Positions 44,521 through 54,124 of a stretch of 64,000 nt of DNA are shown piece after piece. The DNA comes from a bacterium (lineage in GTDB: Bacteria > Desulfobacterota > Binatia > UBA12015): contig JAUIFY010000001.1 of NCBI GenBank assembly GCA_030430245.1, positions 12,878 to 76,877 on the forward strand, written 5' to 3'. Position numbers and translations under genes: made by a program. How positions within the stretch are numbered: the stretch's first letter is position 1; each line of letters starts with the position of its first letter. The notes beneath the pieces were generated by a model. It made no database searches, was not told the origin of the DNA, and saw only the letters and a program-made list of their open reading frames with translations.

Positions 44521-45294
44521 CTATGCGCAGTAGCCGCCATCGACGGGGATCTCGGCGCCCGTGATGAAGCTCGATTCGTCGGATGCGAGGAAGACGGCCA
44601 CGGCGGCGATCTCCTCTGGTTGGCCGATCCGTCCCATCGGATGACGAGATCCGAACGCGGCGATACCGGCGTCTCGGGTCGGGCTCGCCGAAAGATACCG
44701 GTCGAGAATCGGTGTCTCGACGACGCCGGGGCAGATCGCGTTGCAGCGGATGTTCCACTTCTCTTCGGCGCAGCGAAGAGCGACCGATCGCGTCAGCGCG
44801 AGTACCGCCGCTTTGCTCGCGCAGTAGGCCGGGTACTTCGAGCCAGCTCGGATCGCCAGCGACGAGGCGATGTTGACGATCGTGCCGCCGCCCGCCCGGC
44901 GGAGCGCGTCCACGCCGTGCTTGCAGCCGAGGAAGACGCCGTCGGCGTTCACGCGCATCACGTGGCTCCAGTGGTCCAGCGTCGCCTCGTCGATGGTTGC
45001 AGGTACGCTGATGCCGGCGCAGTTGAGCACCGTGTCGACCTTGCCGAACTTCGCTTCCGCGGCAGCGACCGCCTGGTGCCAGTCGCTCTCCGAGGTCACG
45101 TCGAGGTGGACCGCCAAGGCCGCCGTGCCGATCTCGTTCGCGAGCGAGGCGGTCACGGTGTCCTGCAGGTCTCCGATCGCGACCTTCGCGCCCGCCGCGG
45201 CCATGGCGCGACAGCTCGCCGCGCCGATCCCGGAGGCTCCCCCGGTGACGAGCGCTACTTTGCCGTCCAGGCGCGGAGACGGGGCGTGGGTCAT
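44521..45294 (-). CDS. SDR-family oxidoreductase
   Basis: GKVALVTGGASGIGAA...NCAG...YCASK. Confidence 0.85.
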   Translation of the reverse strand: MTHAPSPRLDGKVALVTGGASGIGAASCRAMAAAGAKVAIGDLQDTVTASLANEIGTAALAVHLDVTSESDWHQAVAAAEAKFGKVDTVLNCAGISVPATIDEATLDHWSHVMRVNADGVFLGCKHGVDALRRAGGGTIVNIASSLAIRAGSKYPAYCASKAAVLALTRSVALRCAEEKWNIRCNAICPGVVETPILDRYLSASPTRDAGIAAFGSRHPMGRIGQPEEIAAVAVFLASDESSFITGAEIPVDGGYCA

Positions 45295-45321
45295 GCGGTC
45301 GGTTTCCTCCTCGGGGGTTGT

Positions 45322-45341
45322 GCGGTCTAGCTAGTGACCGC
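45322..45341. promoter_or_regulatory. Imperfect palindrome GCGGTC-tagctagt-GACCGC (with self-complementary CTAGCTAG core) in the divergent promoter region
   Basis: Seen between the SDR operon start (45294, minus) and the acyl-CoA synthetase start (45397, plus). Confidence 0.2.
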
Positions 45342-45396
45342 TACGGAGGTTCTACCTGTTCCTGGTCGGTGATCAACGCGCCGGCCCACCGTCCGC

Positions 45397-46920
45397 ATGA
45401 GACTCTTCGCCGAGATCGCCGCCGCTCGCCCCGACGAGGTGGCGTTGCAGGATGCCGGCCGTGCGTACCGGTGGGCCGAGGTGGACGACGTGCTGAACCG
45501 CGTCGTGGAGACGCTCCTGGGCGCGGATCTGGGCGAGAGGCGCCGCGTCGCCGTCTTCGCGGAGAACTCGGCCGAGACGGTGCTTGCCCACGTCGGTGGC
45601 TTGCTGGGGAGCGCGTCGGTCGTGCCCGTGAACTTTCATCTGAAGGCGTCCGAGGCGGCGTACATCCTCTCCGATTCGGAGGCGCGGCTATTGTTCGTCG
45701 GTCCCGAGAACCTCGAGGCGGGACTCGCGGCCGCGGCCGAGGCGGGCGTGCCGGCGGTCGTGGGCTGGCGCTGCCCGGAGCGCGACGGCGTGACGGCGTG
45801 GGAGGCGTGGATCGCCGAGGCTTCGGGCGACCCGGCTCCGGAGGGGCACGCGCCTCGTCCGAACCTCATGTACACGTCGGGGACGACGGGCCGACCCAAG
45901 GGTACGGAGCTTCCCCCGACGATGTTCGCGGGGGGCGCGAGCATCACGGACCTCCAGCGTCAGCTTCGCGAGGAGAGCTGGTGCAAATACGGTCGGCACC
46001 TCGTCGTCGGGCCGCTCTACCACACCGGCCCCTTGCGCGCGGTCCGCATTCTCGGTGGGGGCGTGCCGATCGTCGTTGGGGGGAGGTTCGACGCGGAAGA
46101 GACGCTGCGCACGATCGAGCGCCATGCGGTCGAGTCGACGATCATGGTGCCGACGCACTTCATCCGCCTTCTCGCGCTGCCGCCCGAGGTACGCGATCGC
46201 TACGACGTCTCGAGTCTGCGCATGGTCTACCACACCGGAGCCGCGTGCCCGATCGACGTGAAGCGAGCGATGCTCGAATGGTGGGGGCCCGTTTTGCACG
46301 AGGCGTATGGCGCCACCGAGGTCGGGACGACGTGCCGGATCGGACCCGAGGAGTGGCTGGAGCATCCCGGATCGGTCGGACGCCCCGTGCCTCCGTACGA
46401 CGTGATCGTCTGCGACGACGACGGAAACGAGCTGCCGGTGGGCGAGACCGGACGGCTCTTCTTCCGGGACGAGACCGGGCGCGGCGTCGTCTACCACAAC
46501 GATCGGGCCAAGTCGGAGGCCGCGCACCTGCGGCCGGGGGTCTTCACGCTCGGCGAGATCGGCCGTGTCGACGAGGCAGGCTACGTCTACATCACGGATC
46601 GATTCTCGGACATGATCGTGTCGGGGGGCGTGAACGTCTACCCGGCGGAAGCCGAGCAGACGCTCGCCGAGCATCCGCGGGTGCGGGACGTCGCGTGCGT
46701 GGGAGCGCCGCATCCCGAGATGGGCGAGGAGCTCGTCGCCATCGTGCAGCCGATCGACGCGGCCGATCCTCCGGAGGTCGCCGAGCTTCTCGCGTTCTGT
46801 CGCGAGCGACTCTCGCACTACAAGTGCCCGCGTCGGGTCGAGCTGAGGCCCGATCTCGGGCGAAACGCGATGGGTAAGATCGACAAGCGCGCGCTGCGCG
46901 CGAGCGTCGCCGGAGCGTGA
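45397..46920 (+). CDS. AMP-dependent acyl-CoA synthetase/ligase (FadD-like)
   Basis: MYTSGTTGRPKG is the AMP-binding motif. YGATE, GEIGRVDEAGYVYITDR, and the C-terminal GKIDKRAL. Confidence 0.85.
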   Translation: MRLFAEIAAARPDEVALQDAGRAYRWAEVDDVLNRVVETLLGADLGERRRVAVFAENSAETVLAHVGGLLGSASVVPVNFHLKASEAAYILSDSEARLLFVGPENLEAGLAAAAEAGVPAVVGWRCPERDGVTAWEAWIAEASGDPAPEGHAPRPNLMYTSGTTGRPKGTELPPTMFAGGASITDLQRQLREESWCKYGRHLVVGPLYHTGPLRAVRILGGGVPIVVGGRFDAEETLRTIERHAVESTIMVPTHFIRLLALPPEVRDRYDVSSLRMVYHTGAACPIDVKRAMLEWWGPVLHEAYGATEVGTTCRIGPEEWLEHPGSVGRPVPPYDVIVCDDDGNELPVGETGRLFFRDETGRGVVYHNDRAKSEAAHLRPGVFTLGEIGRVDEAGYVYITDRFSDMIVSGGVNVYPAEAEQTLAEHPRVRDVACVGAPHPEMGEELVAIVQPIDAADPPEVAELLAFCRERLSHYKCPRRVELRPDLGRNAMGKIDKRALRASVAGA

Positions 46921-46932
46921 GGGCCGGCCACA

Positions 46933-48462
46933 TCAGGGCACGCCGGCGACCGGCTGCATCTCGACGTCGCACACGCCCCCCACGGTCGCGCTCTCGACTC
47001 GAGGCGCGTCCCGACAGCTCTCGCCGCGCACCTGCATCCGGCAGGTGAGCTCGATCGGCTTTCCTGCGGAGAGCCAGCTCGGAACCTTTCGATGTCGGCC
47101 GATCGTGGCGAATCGACAGCCGGTCGGCGTTCCATAGGCGCGGCAGCCCGACGCTTGGCGAAGGGACACCTTGCGCGGGTCGAGGAGGAAGCCCGGGTAG
47201 TCGTCCCGAGCGGTGACGACGTCCCTTCGGGGAAGTGTCTCGATCGAGACCGACTCGAACTCGTAGCCGGCCGGCCGCTTCCGGCCGACCTCGACCCGCG
47301 TGTTCGCGATCAGGGCGAAATCCGAGCCCTTCCGCGCGACGGCGCCGGACATGTACTCGACGCGCTCGTGACCGGGAAAGCACTTCCCCATCGCCGGTGG
47401 GTGGTAGTAGTGGCGCAGTCGCTTGCTCTGCGCGGGAGGAGTGCCGACGAAGAGGGGCGCGAGCTTCGCGTCGTCCCCGAAGAGGATCGTCTCGACGTCC
47501 GCGCGGTTCTGCGCGTACATCGCCTGCAGCTGCGCGTAGCTCTCGTGTCCCGCCAGATCCGGACGTAGGAAGCACGACGTCAGTCCGGAGACCTGCGTCA
47601 GGTACTCGTCCCAGATGTTGTACTGCGAGACCTTCGACGCGACGCCTTCGAAGTCGCCCTCGAACCGGCAGCCCTGCCCGCGGGAGCACGCGTCGCGTGC
47701 GCGATTGCGGATCGAGAGCGCGATCACGTTCCTCTCGCACGCGCCGTACGCGCTGCAGCCGCGGTCGAGGTGTCCCTCGTAGATCGCCGTGCGCATTGCG
47801 TAGTCGAGGTGCCGGGCGCGGGCGAGGGCGTCCTTCGGCCAACGGCGCGCGCCCTCGCCCGCAAACGACGTCCATGCGTTCGCGAGCGCCCCGCGGCGGC
47901 CGACGAGCTGGGTCTGCGCCTGTCGGCACTGCGGCGAAGCGTGGAACGCGCGCACGATCGCGTCGAGCTCACTCGCGGGACGCACCGGCTCGGCCGCGCC
48001 CGACGGGGGAGGATCGAAGAACGGTGCCTTCGACATCTCGTACAGGTTTCGCACGCTCAAGACGTGGCGTACGGACGGGTCGCAGTGGTGGTTCTTCACC
48101 TGTCCGCGTTTTCTCTCCGCGAAGATGGAGCGGAACTTCGCGGTCGAGGCCGGGCTCGCGATGCGGGAGTCGACGACGATCTGGAAACCGACGTAGGGCG
48201 TGCCCCGGGGGTCGGTCAGCGGCTTCCCGCCGCGGAGGACGAGGCACGGGACGACGGAAGTCCCCTGGGTGAGCGTGCCTGCGGCGTTCGCCTGGGTGCC
48301 GCGACGCGCGAATGCTTCGATCTCCCAGAACGGCACGTCCAGCGGCCCGTTGAAGCGGTAGAGGGTCATGACCGGGGTCGCGGGGATGGCGCTCGCCGGA
48401 AGGGGGCCGGCGAGCGCCAGCAGCAGGACGACTCCGGCGAGGACGAAGCGCGCTCTCTCCAC
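46933..48462 (-). CDS. Secreted Cys-rich hypothetical protein (about 16 Cys)
   Basis: GTG start giving VERARFVLAGVVLLLALAGPLPASA as signal peptide. No recognisable domain. The upstream part of track ORF 46933..48696 is Arg-rich junk. Confidence 0.5.
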   Translation of the reverse strand: MERARFVLAGVVLLLALAGPLPASAIPATPVMTLYRFNGPLDVPFWEIEAFARRGTQANAAGTLTQGTSVVPCLVLRGGKPLTDPRGTPYVGFQIVVDSRIASPASTAKFRSIFAERKRGQVKNHHCDPSVRHVLSVRNLYEMSKAPFFDPPPSGAAEPVRPASELDAIVRAFHASPQCRQAQTQLVGRRGALANAWTSFAGEGARRWPKDALARARHLDYAMRTAIYEGHLDRGCSAYGACERNVIALSIRNRARDACSRGQGCRFEGDFEGVASKVSQYNIWDEYLTQVSGLTSCFLRPDLAGHESYAQLQAMYAQNRADVETILFGDDAKLAPLFVGTPPAQSKRLRHYYHPPAMGKCFPGHERVEYMSGAVARKGSDFALIANTRVEVGRKRPAGYEFESVSIETLPRRDVVTARDDYPGFLLDPRKVSLRQASGCRAYGTPTGCRFATIGRHRKVPSWLSAGKPIELTCRMQVRGESCRDAPRVESATVGGVCDVEMQPVAGVP

Positions 48463-48720
48463 TCTGAACCTCAGTCGAAGACGCTCCGCGCGACCGCTCC
48501 GTCGGTCCCGCGGAGGCCGCCGTGGCAGGTGCCGGCGGCGGAGGTAGGGACCTGCACGTCGGCCGGTGCCGCGGCGTCGAGCGGGACGTCGGCGCCCCGG
48601 AGGGGCACCTTCTTCTCGGACGGAGGGGCGGCGGCTCGCACTCCCGGATCTTCGCATGCGGGGTGGCCATTTCGCCACACGACCGATCGTGGGCACCGAG
48701 GTTCTCGACGGCTCGCGCCG

Positions 48721-50412
48721 ATGATAGAAACGAATTCGATGCGATGGTGGCAGCGGCTCCTGGGGCTTCTCGGGTTGGTGACGACGATCGTGGCGTTCCC
48801 GGCGGACGTGCAGGCGCTCGACGACGGATCACTCTCGTTCAAGGACGCCGAGGTGCGGCTGGGCGACCGACTGTTCTTCGAGACCCGGTTCTCGCAGTTC
48901 TACTTCGCGAACGCCGATGGCGACTCGAACGCGACCCTCCCGAAGGGCGATCCGCTCATGGAGAAGGTTCCGGTCGTCCTCGGCGAGGATCTCCCCGGGC
49001 CCTTCGCCGGTCAGGGAATCAACTGCCGTCAGTGCCACCTGGGGTCCGACTTCCTGCCCGAGCATCTCCGCGCCGGCCGAACCTACGGCGACTTCAGTCG
49101 GCGGAGCCCGGTCCCGAATCGCGACGACGGTCAGACCGTCGCGACCCGCAACTCGCCCATCATGATCGACATCGGGATGCCGCGCGAGGTTCCGATGCTG
49201 CTCCATCTCGACGGAGAGTTCGTCACGCACGAAGACCTGATCGTGGACACGATGACCGGCCGGAACTTCGGCTGGCTGCCGACGGAGGTCGAGACCGCGA
49301 AGAAGCACATCGCGAAGGTGGTGCGCGAGGACGAGGGGATGAACCCCCGACACATCCGCGATCCCGACGGGAACGGCATCCCCTACAAGACGGTGCTGAA
49401 GGGCGAGGACCCGCTGCTGCAGCACCAGCTCATCCCGGCCGAGTATCGCATCGACGTCGAGACCGCGTCGGACGACGAGATCCTGACGGCGGTCGCGAAG
49501 CTCATCCACGCGTACATGGACTCGCTGCGCTTCGGCACGAAGAACACGTTTCGCGAGTCTGGCTCTCCGTACGATCTCTTCCTCGAGAAGAACGCACTCC
49601 CGGCGAAGCCGGACCCGGGCGAGAAGGCGGCGGCCTACTCGAAGCGCCTCCTCGCCGAGATCGAGAAGCGGAACAGCTTCGACTTCGTGCGGCCGAGCGA
49701 CGACTATTTCCTTCTCCACCAGCAGCCGTATCAGTTCGGCCCGGAGGAGCTGCGCGGTCTGAAGATCTTCTTCTCGTCGGGAGCGCGGAAGAAGGCCGAC
49801 GCCGGGAACTGCATCGCGTGCCATCCGGCCCCGCGCTTCTCGGATTTCAGTCTCCACAACAACGGGGTGTCGCAGGTCGAGTACGACGCGATCTTCGGCG
49901 ACGGTGCGTTCGCGAAGCTCGAGATCCCGGACCTGAAGACGCGCAACGCGAATCACGACGAGTATCTCCCCGCCACGCCGGCGCATCCGACTGCGAAGGG
50001 GCGCTTTCGTCAGATCCCGGCAAAGAGCCGGCCCGGCGTGACCGATCTCGGCGTCTGGAGCATCTACGCGAACCCGGACTTTCCGAAGCCGCAGGTGGCC
50101 CTGAACCAGATCCTGTGCGGGGAGGGGGGGCCGGCAGAGGAGGGCTGCAGGCCGGAGGAGGTCCTTCCGCTCACCGTCGGGTACTTCAAGACTCCGGCGG
50201 TGCGGGACCTCGGCCAGTCCGAGCCCTACTTCCACACGGGAGAGATCGATACGATCGAGGAGGCGCTGCGCTTCTACGTGTCGGTCGCGGAGCTCGCGCG
50301 CGAGGGGAAGCTGCGCAACGCGTCTCCCGAGATGAAGGACATCCACATCGACGAGGAGGACGTGGCACCTCTCGCCGCGTTCCTCCGTTCGCTCAACGAG
50401 GATTATCATTGA
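48721..50412 (+). CDS. Di-heme cytochrome c peroxidase / MauG-family protein, secreted
   Basis: Signal peptide MIETNSMRWWQRLLGLLGLVTTIVAFPADVQA (alternative start 48739). Two CxxCH motifs: CRQCH and CIACH. 563 aa, long for the family. Confidence 0.8.
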   Translation: MIETNSMRWWQRLLGLLGLVTTIVAFPADVQALDDGSLSFKDAEVRLGDRLFFETRFSQFYFANADGDSNATLPKGDPLMEKVPVVLGEDLPGPFAGQGINCRQCHLGSDFLPEHLRAGRTYGDFSRRSPVPNRDDGQTVATRNSPIMIDIGMPREVPMLLHLDGEFVTHEDLIVDTMTGRNFGWLPTEVETAKKHIAKVVREDEGMNPRHIRDPDGNGIPYKTVLKGEDPLLQHQLIPAEYRIDVETASDDEILTAVAKLIHAYMDSLRFGTKNTFRESGSPYDLFLEKNALPAKPDPGEKAAAYSKRLLAEIEKRNSFDFVRPSDDYFLLHQQPYQFGPEELRGLKIFFSSGARKKADAGNCIACHPAPRFSDFSLHNNGVSQVEYDAIFGDGAFAKLEIPDLKTRNANHDEYLPATPAHPTAKGRFRQIPAKSRPGVTDLGVWSIYANPDFPKPQVALNQILCGEGGPAEEGCRPEEVLPLTVGYFKTPAVRDLGQSEPYFHTGEIDTIEEALRFYVSVAELAREGKLRNASPEMKDIHIDEEDVAPLAAFLRSLNEDYH

Positions 50413-52079
50413 TGACGAAGTCGCTCTCGACGTTGGTCGGCCTGGCCGTGCTCGTCGCCGCTGTCGCGCCCGACGAAGCGGCGGCTCTGAGCCGCGAGCG
50501 CTGGACGAACCCGGAGCCCTATGGGGTCTTCTTCAACAACTACGATCCGAACTTCTACACCGGGTTCGTGCCGCGCGTGCAGGACGCGGATCGCATCAAG
50601 ATCCACCTCGGTCGGGGAAACCAGCTGCGCGTTCGGATGATCCTGCCCGACGAGGCGATCGACAACTTCGTCGTCGATCAGGTCAAGAAGCACGACCTCT
50701 ATCAGGAGGTGATCGATGCCGGCGTCATCGAGCTCACCGCGAACACCGCCTGGGAGGACTACGACGCGAAGTTCGAGCAAGCGGGGCTTCGTGAGATCGC
50801 GGCGAAGAAGGGAACCGTCTCGCCCGAGGAGTGGCGGGAGCTCAACGTCGAGGCTTTGCAGAAGCTCCAGCCCGAGCGCGTCTACCACATCCAGAAGGAC
50901 TTCGAGCAGATGACCAAGGCCTTCTACGACTCGCTCGCCGCTGCGCCCGAGCCGAAGAATCTGAGCCAGAAGCTCGATCTCGTGAACGGGTACTTCGAGA
51001 ATCGCATCTTCGCCTACGAGCTCACGAAGGAGCAGGAGGCCGAGCTCTCCGCGCTGCAGGCCCTGGCCAAGGCGGGGAACGAGGCGGACTTCGGGCCGAA
51101 GGCCGCGGCGTTCTTCCAGGACGTCACCGGTGGGCTCTATCCCGTCGAAGACGGAAAGATCGACTACTACGAGTACACGGCGGTCTGGGCCGCCGGCACG
51201 TACGACAAGATGACGAAGGTGAATGGCGAGGAGATGCCGTGGATCACGACTCCGGGCGTCTGGACCTTCATCCCGCGCATGCACGGCAAGGGCATCACGG
51301 GGATGGTCGATTACATCTCGTCGGCCGGATACTACGGCCTGATTCCCATGTTTCCGTACGAGTACGGTGGGGGCATCGCCTACAACGCGATTCACAACAC
51401 CGGCATCAGCAACTGGATCCAGGGCCACCCCCTGCTGCCGAAGGAGTGGAAGACCTACACGGAGGGAAGCCGCAACGGAAAGCCCTACAATCGCGTCGCG
51501 GTGACGAGTCGGGGCCCGGTCTCGCACGGCTGCACGCGACTCGGCTCGGGGCACCTCGCCGAGCTGCGCGAGATGCTTCCTTCGACTTCGGACGACATGA
51601 AGGGCATCGTCAACTATCGGAACGTCTCGCAGTGCTACGACGTCTTCGATCGCAAGGGTGACGGCGAGGAAGAGGTGATGGGCGTTCAGTACTACATCGC
51701 CTTCCGTCACACGAACGAGCGAGTCGCCAAGCACATCTGGGCGCAGAACAATCGCCAGGACTTCTACGAGTGGTTGTACGGCGACGACATGAACTACGGC
51801 CCGATCGGCGAGGTCACGTTCGACGAGGTCTGCACCGGCAAGTTCGTCGGCAAGAAGGCCGTCGAGGGCGCGACGTACCAGAACGTCAAGCTCTACGAGG
51901 CGCCGTACGAACCGGAGACGATCCAGTTCTACAAGATCAAGGGCGTCAGCCAGCTCTCGCGTGAGGGCATGGATTTCAACCGGGAGCTGCGTCGCGTGGG
52001 CTACGGATACGACATCGATCGAAAGAAGCTGCGCCTTCCGCCGACGAAGACGGCTTCGGCGGAGGCCGCGGAGGGGTAA
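50412..52079 (+). CDS. Secreted 555-aa protein with C-terminal L,D-transpeptidase-like (YkuD) catalytic motif
   Basis: Signal peptide MTKSLSTLVGLAVLVAAVAPDEAAA. SRGPVSHGCTRLGSGHLAELREML resembles the YkuD SHGC(I/T)R active site. The N-terminal 430 aa has no recognisable domain. The start overlaps the upstream stop (TGATG). Confidence 0.6.
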   Translation: MTKSLSTLVGLAVLVAAVAPDEAAALSRERWTNPEPYGVFFNNYDPNFYTGFVPRVQDADRIKIHLGRGNQLRVRMILPDEAIDNFVVDQVKKHDLYQEVIDAGVIELTANTAWEDYDAKFEQAGLREIAAKKGTVSPEEWRELNVEALQKLQPERVYHIQKDFEQMTKAFYDSLAAAPEPKNLSQKLDLVNGYFENRIFAYELTKEQEAELSALQALAKAGNEADFGPKAAAFFQDVTGGLYPVEDGKIDYYEYTAVWAAGTYDKMTKVNGEEMPWITTPGVWTFIPRMHGKGITGMVDYISSAGYYGLIPMFPYEYGGGIAYNAIHNTGISNWIQGHPLLPKEWKTYTEGSRNGKPYNRVAVTSRGPVSHGCTRLGSGHLAELREMLPSTSDDMKGIVNYRNVSQCYDVFDRKGDGEEEVMGVQYYIAFRHTNERVAKHIWAQNNRQDFYEWLYGDDMNYGPIGEVTFDEVCTGKFVGKKAVEGATYQNVKLYEAPYEPETIQFYKIKGVSQLSREGMDFNRELRRVGYGYDIDRKKLRLPPTKTASAEAAEG

Positions 52080-52113
52080 GTCCGCCCCATTTTGCGAGGA
52101 GATGAGGAAGACA

Positions 52114-52827
52114 ATGACGAAGATCGTTTCGAGGTTGGCGGCGCTGGCAACGTGTCTGGCGGTGGCGGGATGGACCGCGGCGCCGGTTGCGTGGGCCGAA
52201 GATGAGAAGCTCGAGCTCCAGACCGAGGTCGACCAGGCGCGGACCATCCTGAACCAGTTCCAGAAGATCCCGGAGAAGGGCATTCCCGACGCGGTGCTTC
52301 GCAACGCGAAGGGACTCGCGTTCCTCACCGTGCTCCGCGCCGGCTTCATCATCAGCGGTTCCGGTGGCAAGGGCGTCGTCGTCGCGAAGAACGACGATGG
52401 CACCTGGACCGGGCCTTCGTTCATCGGGACGGGCGGCGCCGGATTCGGCTTTCAGATCGGCGCCCAGGTGAGCGAGTTCGTCATGGTGTTGAATACGCCG
52501 GAGGCGGTGAACGCCTTCGCGAAGGGGGGCAACGTCTCGATCGGCGCGCAGGTGAGCGCGGCGGCGGGGCCGGTCGGCCGAAGCCTGGGCGCCGACGTCA
52601 TGCCGCAGGCGGCGATCTACACGTACAGCCGCGCGCAGGGTCTCTTCGGCGGCGTCTCCCTCGACGGGACGGTCGTCGCCACGCGCAAGGAGGCGAACAC
52701 GGAGTACTACGGCGAGGCGGTCTCCTCGCTGGCGATCCTCTCGGGCAAGGTCGAGGCTCCGGCCGGCGCCGAGAAGCTCCGCGCCGATCTCGCCAAGCTC
52801 ACGGCCGAGGCCAACGCCGACGAGTAG
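52114..52827 (+). CDS. SYLF (Ysc84/DUF500) lipid-binding domain protein, secreted
   Basis: Signal peptide MTKIVSRLAALATCLAVAGWTAAPVAWA. YTYSRAQGLFGGVSLDG and GFQIGAQVSEFVMVLNT are SYLF repeats. Alternative start 52102. Confidence 0.7.
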   Translation: MTKIVSRLAALATCLAVAGWTAAPVAWAEDEKLELQTEVDQARTILNQFQKIPEKGIPDAVLRNAKGLAFLTVLRAGFIISGSGGKGVVVAKNDDGTWTGPSFIGTGGAGFGFQIGAQVSEFVMVLNTPEAVNAFAKGGNVSIGAQVSAAAGPVGRSLGADVMPQAAIYTYSRAQGLFGGVSLDGTVVATRKEANTEYYGEAVSSLAILSGKVEAPAGAEKLRADLAKLTAEANADE

Positions 52828-52830
52828 AAC

Positions 52831-53742
52831 TCACCGGGTCCAGGAGAGTCGCTGCTGCACTCCGCGCCGCTCGTCGAGGCCCGCGTTGTAGGTCTCGACG
52901 AGCGCGTTGCGGGTCGCGATGGCCTCGTCCATCTCCGCGGTGAGAAGCTCGATCGCATCGGCGAGTTCGCGTGCGTGCGCGAACTCGGGGGGCGGGAGGG
53001 CGTTCCCGAACCGATCCGTCAGGTCATCGATCCGTGCCGCGTACCGGGCGCGCTCCGCGTCGTGTTGCGCGACGAGGGCGACGAGACGATCGATCTCGCC
53101 CTTTTGCCGGCCGAGGCCCTCGTCGATCGCACCGATCTCCGCGAGGAGCGCGGATTGCGCGCTCCGGACCGCCGCCGCCTCCTCGCGGTGAAACTCCTCG
53201 TGACGCCCTCGGGTGCGCCGGGTCTGCTCGTCGATGAGCCGTTCGACCTGCGCGTTGCACGCTTCCGCCGAAGCGCCGGGAGCCTCGATGGTCTGTCGCT
53301 CCAGGGCGGCCTGGAGCTCCTGCACGCCGCGGAACTCGATCTCGACGTGGCGGTACTCGTGGAACTCGACGAGGGCCTCGTACGCCTCCCACTGCCTGCG
53401 GGTCGTCGTGTTCATCCGGCTCGGCCAGGCGTGCTTCGGAAGTGTGACGAGTACGTCGGCCCGCAGGGTGATCGCTTCGACGCGGCACGAGGCGCCGTCG
53501 GAGCGCACGGACAGAGAGAAGGCGATCTCGCTCTCCGTGAGTCCGCTCGCGGAGAGACCGGCCTCCCCGCCCAGCCGCTTGCGTCCGATCGACGCGAAGA
53601 TCTCGTCCGCACTCGTGCCGCGGACGTCGTAGAACCTCTCCTGGACGTCCGTCTCGACCCGCACCGTGGTCGCCGCGGCGGCGTCGCAGAGCATCAGGGT
53701 CGCGACGGCCCCGAGGGCGAGCCGGCCGGCGCGATGGAGCAT
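52831..53742 (-). CDS. DUF922-like secreted putative zinc metallopeptidase (HExxH) with C-terminal coiled coil
   Basis: MLHRAGRLALGAVATLMLCDAAAA is a signal peptide. EFHEYRHVEIE contains the HExxH motif. Alternative start at 53811. Confidence 0.55.
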   Translation of the reverse strand: MLHRAGRLALGAVATLMLCDAAAATTVRVETDVQERFYDVRGTSADEIFASIGRKRLGGEAGLSASGLTESEIAFSLSVRSDGASCRVEAITLRADVLVTLPKHAWPSRMNTTTRRQWEAYEALVEFHEYRHVEIEFRGVQELQAALERQTIEAPGASAEACNAQVERLIDEQTRRTRGRHEEFHREEAAAVRSAQSALLAEIGAIDEGLGRQKGEIDRLVALVAQHDAERARYAARIDDLTDRFGNALPPPEFAHARELADAIELLTAEMDEAIATRNALVETYNAGLDERRGVQQRLSWTR

Positions 53743-54124
53743 CCCGTGAGCGTGCCCCGAGGCCGACGCCGCTGCAAGTAGCGGCGGCTGGATGGTATCG
53801 AGCCAACGCATGGCGTACCGCGATGGGATCGCTCGGCGCCGGCTCTCTCCCCGGGTCGCTCTTGCGGTCTGCCTTGCCGGTTGCGGAGAGGACGCCCGCG
53901 GGCCGACGACGGTGACGGATGCTCGCGGGACCCCGCGTGCGTCGACCTGATGGAGGGGAGCTTCCTCGAAGACCTCGCCGCGACCGTCTCCGAGTTCGGC
54001 GCCGAGCCGTGCGAGCTCGAGGGAATCGACGAGCGGACGGCCATCACGTACGATTTGAGGCTCGACGGTGCCGACGTCTTCGCCGGAATCTTCAATGCGT
54101 CGATCGCGGGCGCCCCCTTCGAGC

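Noticed and set aside
47770-52424. 880-aa plus ORF (N-part), 526-aa minus (48829..50409), 1185-aa plus (48522..52079, N-part), 672-aa minus (50406..52424)
   Set aside because: Shadow or read-through frames. The genuine genes start at 48721 (CCP) and 50412 (L,D-transpeptidase-like) with signal peptides.
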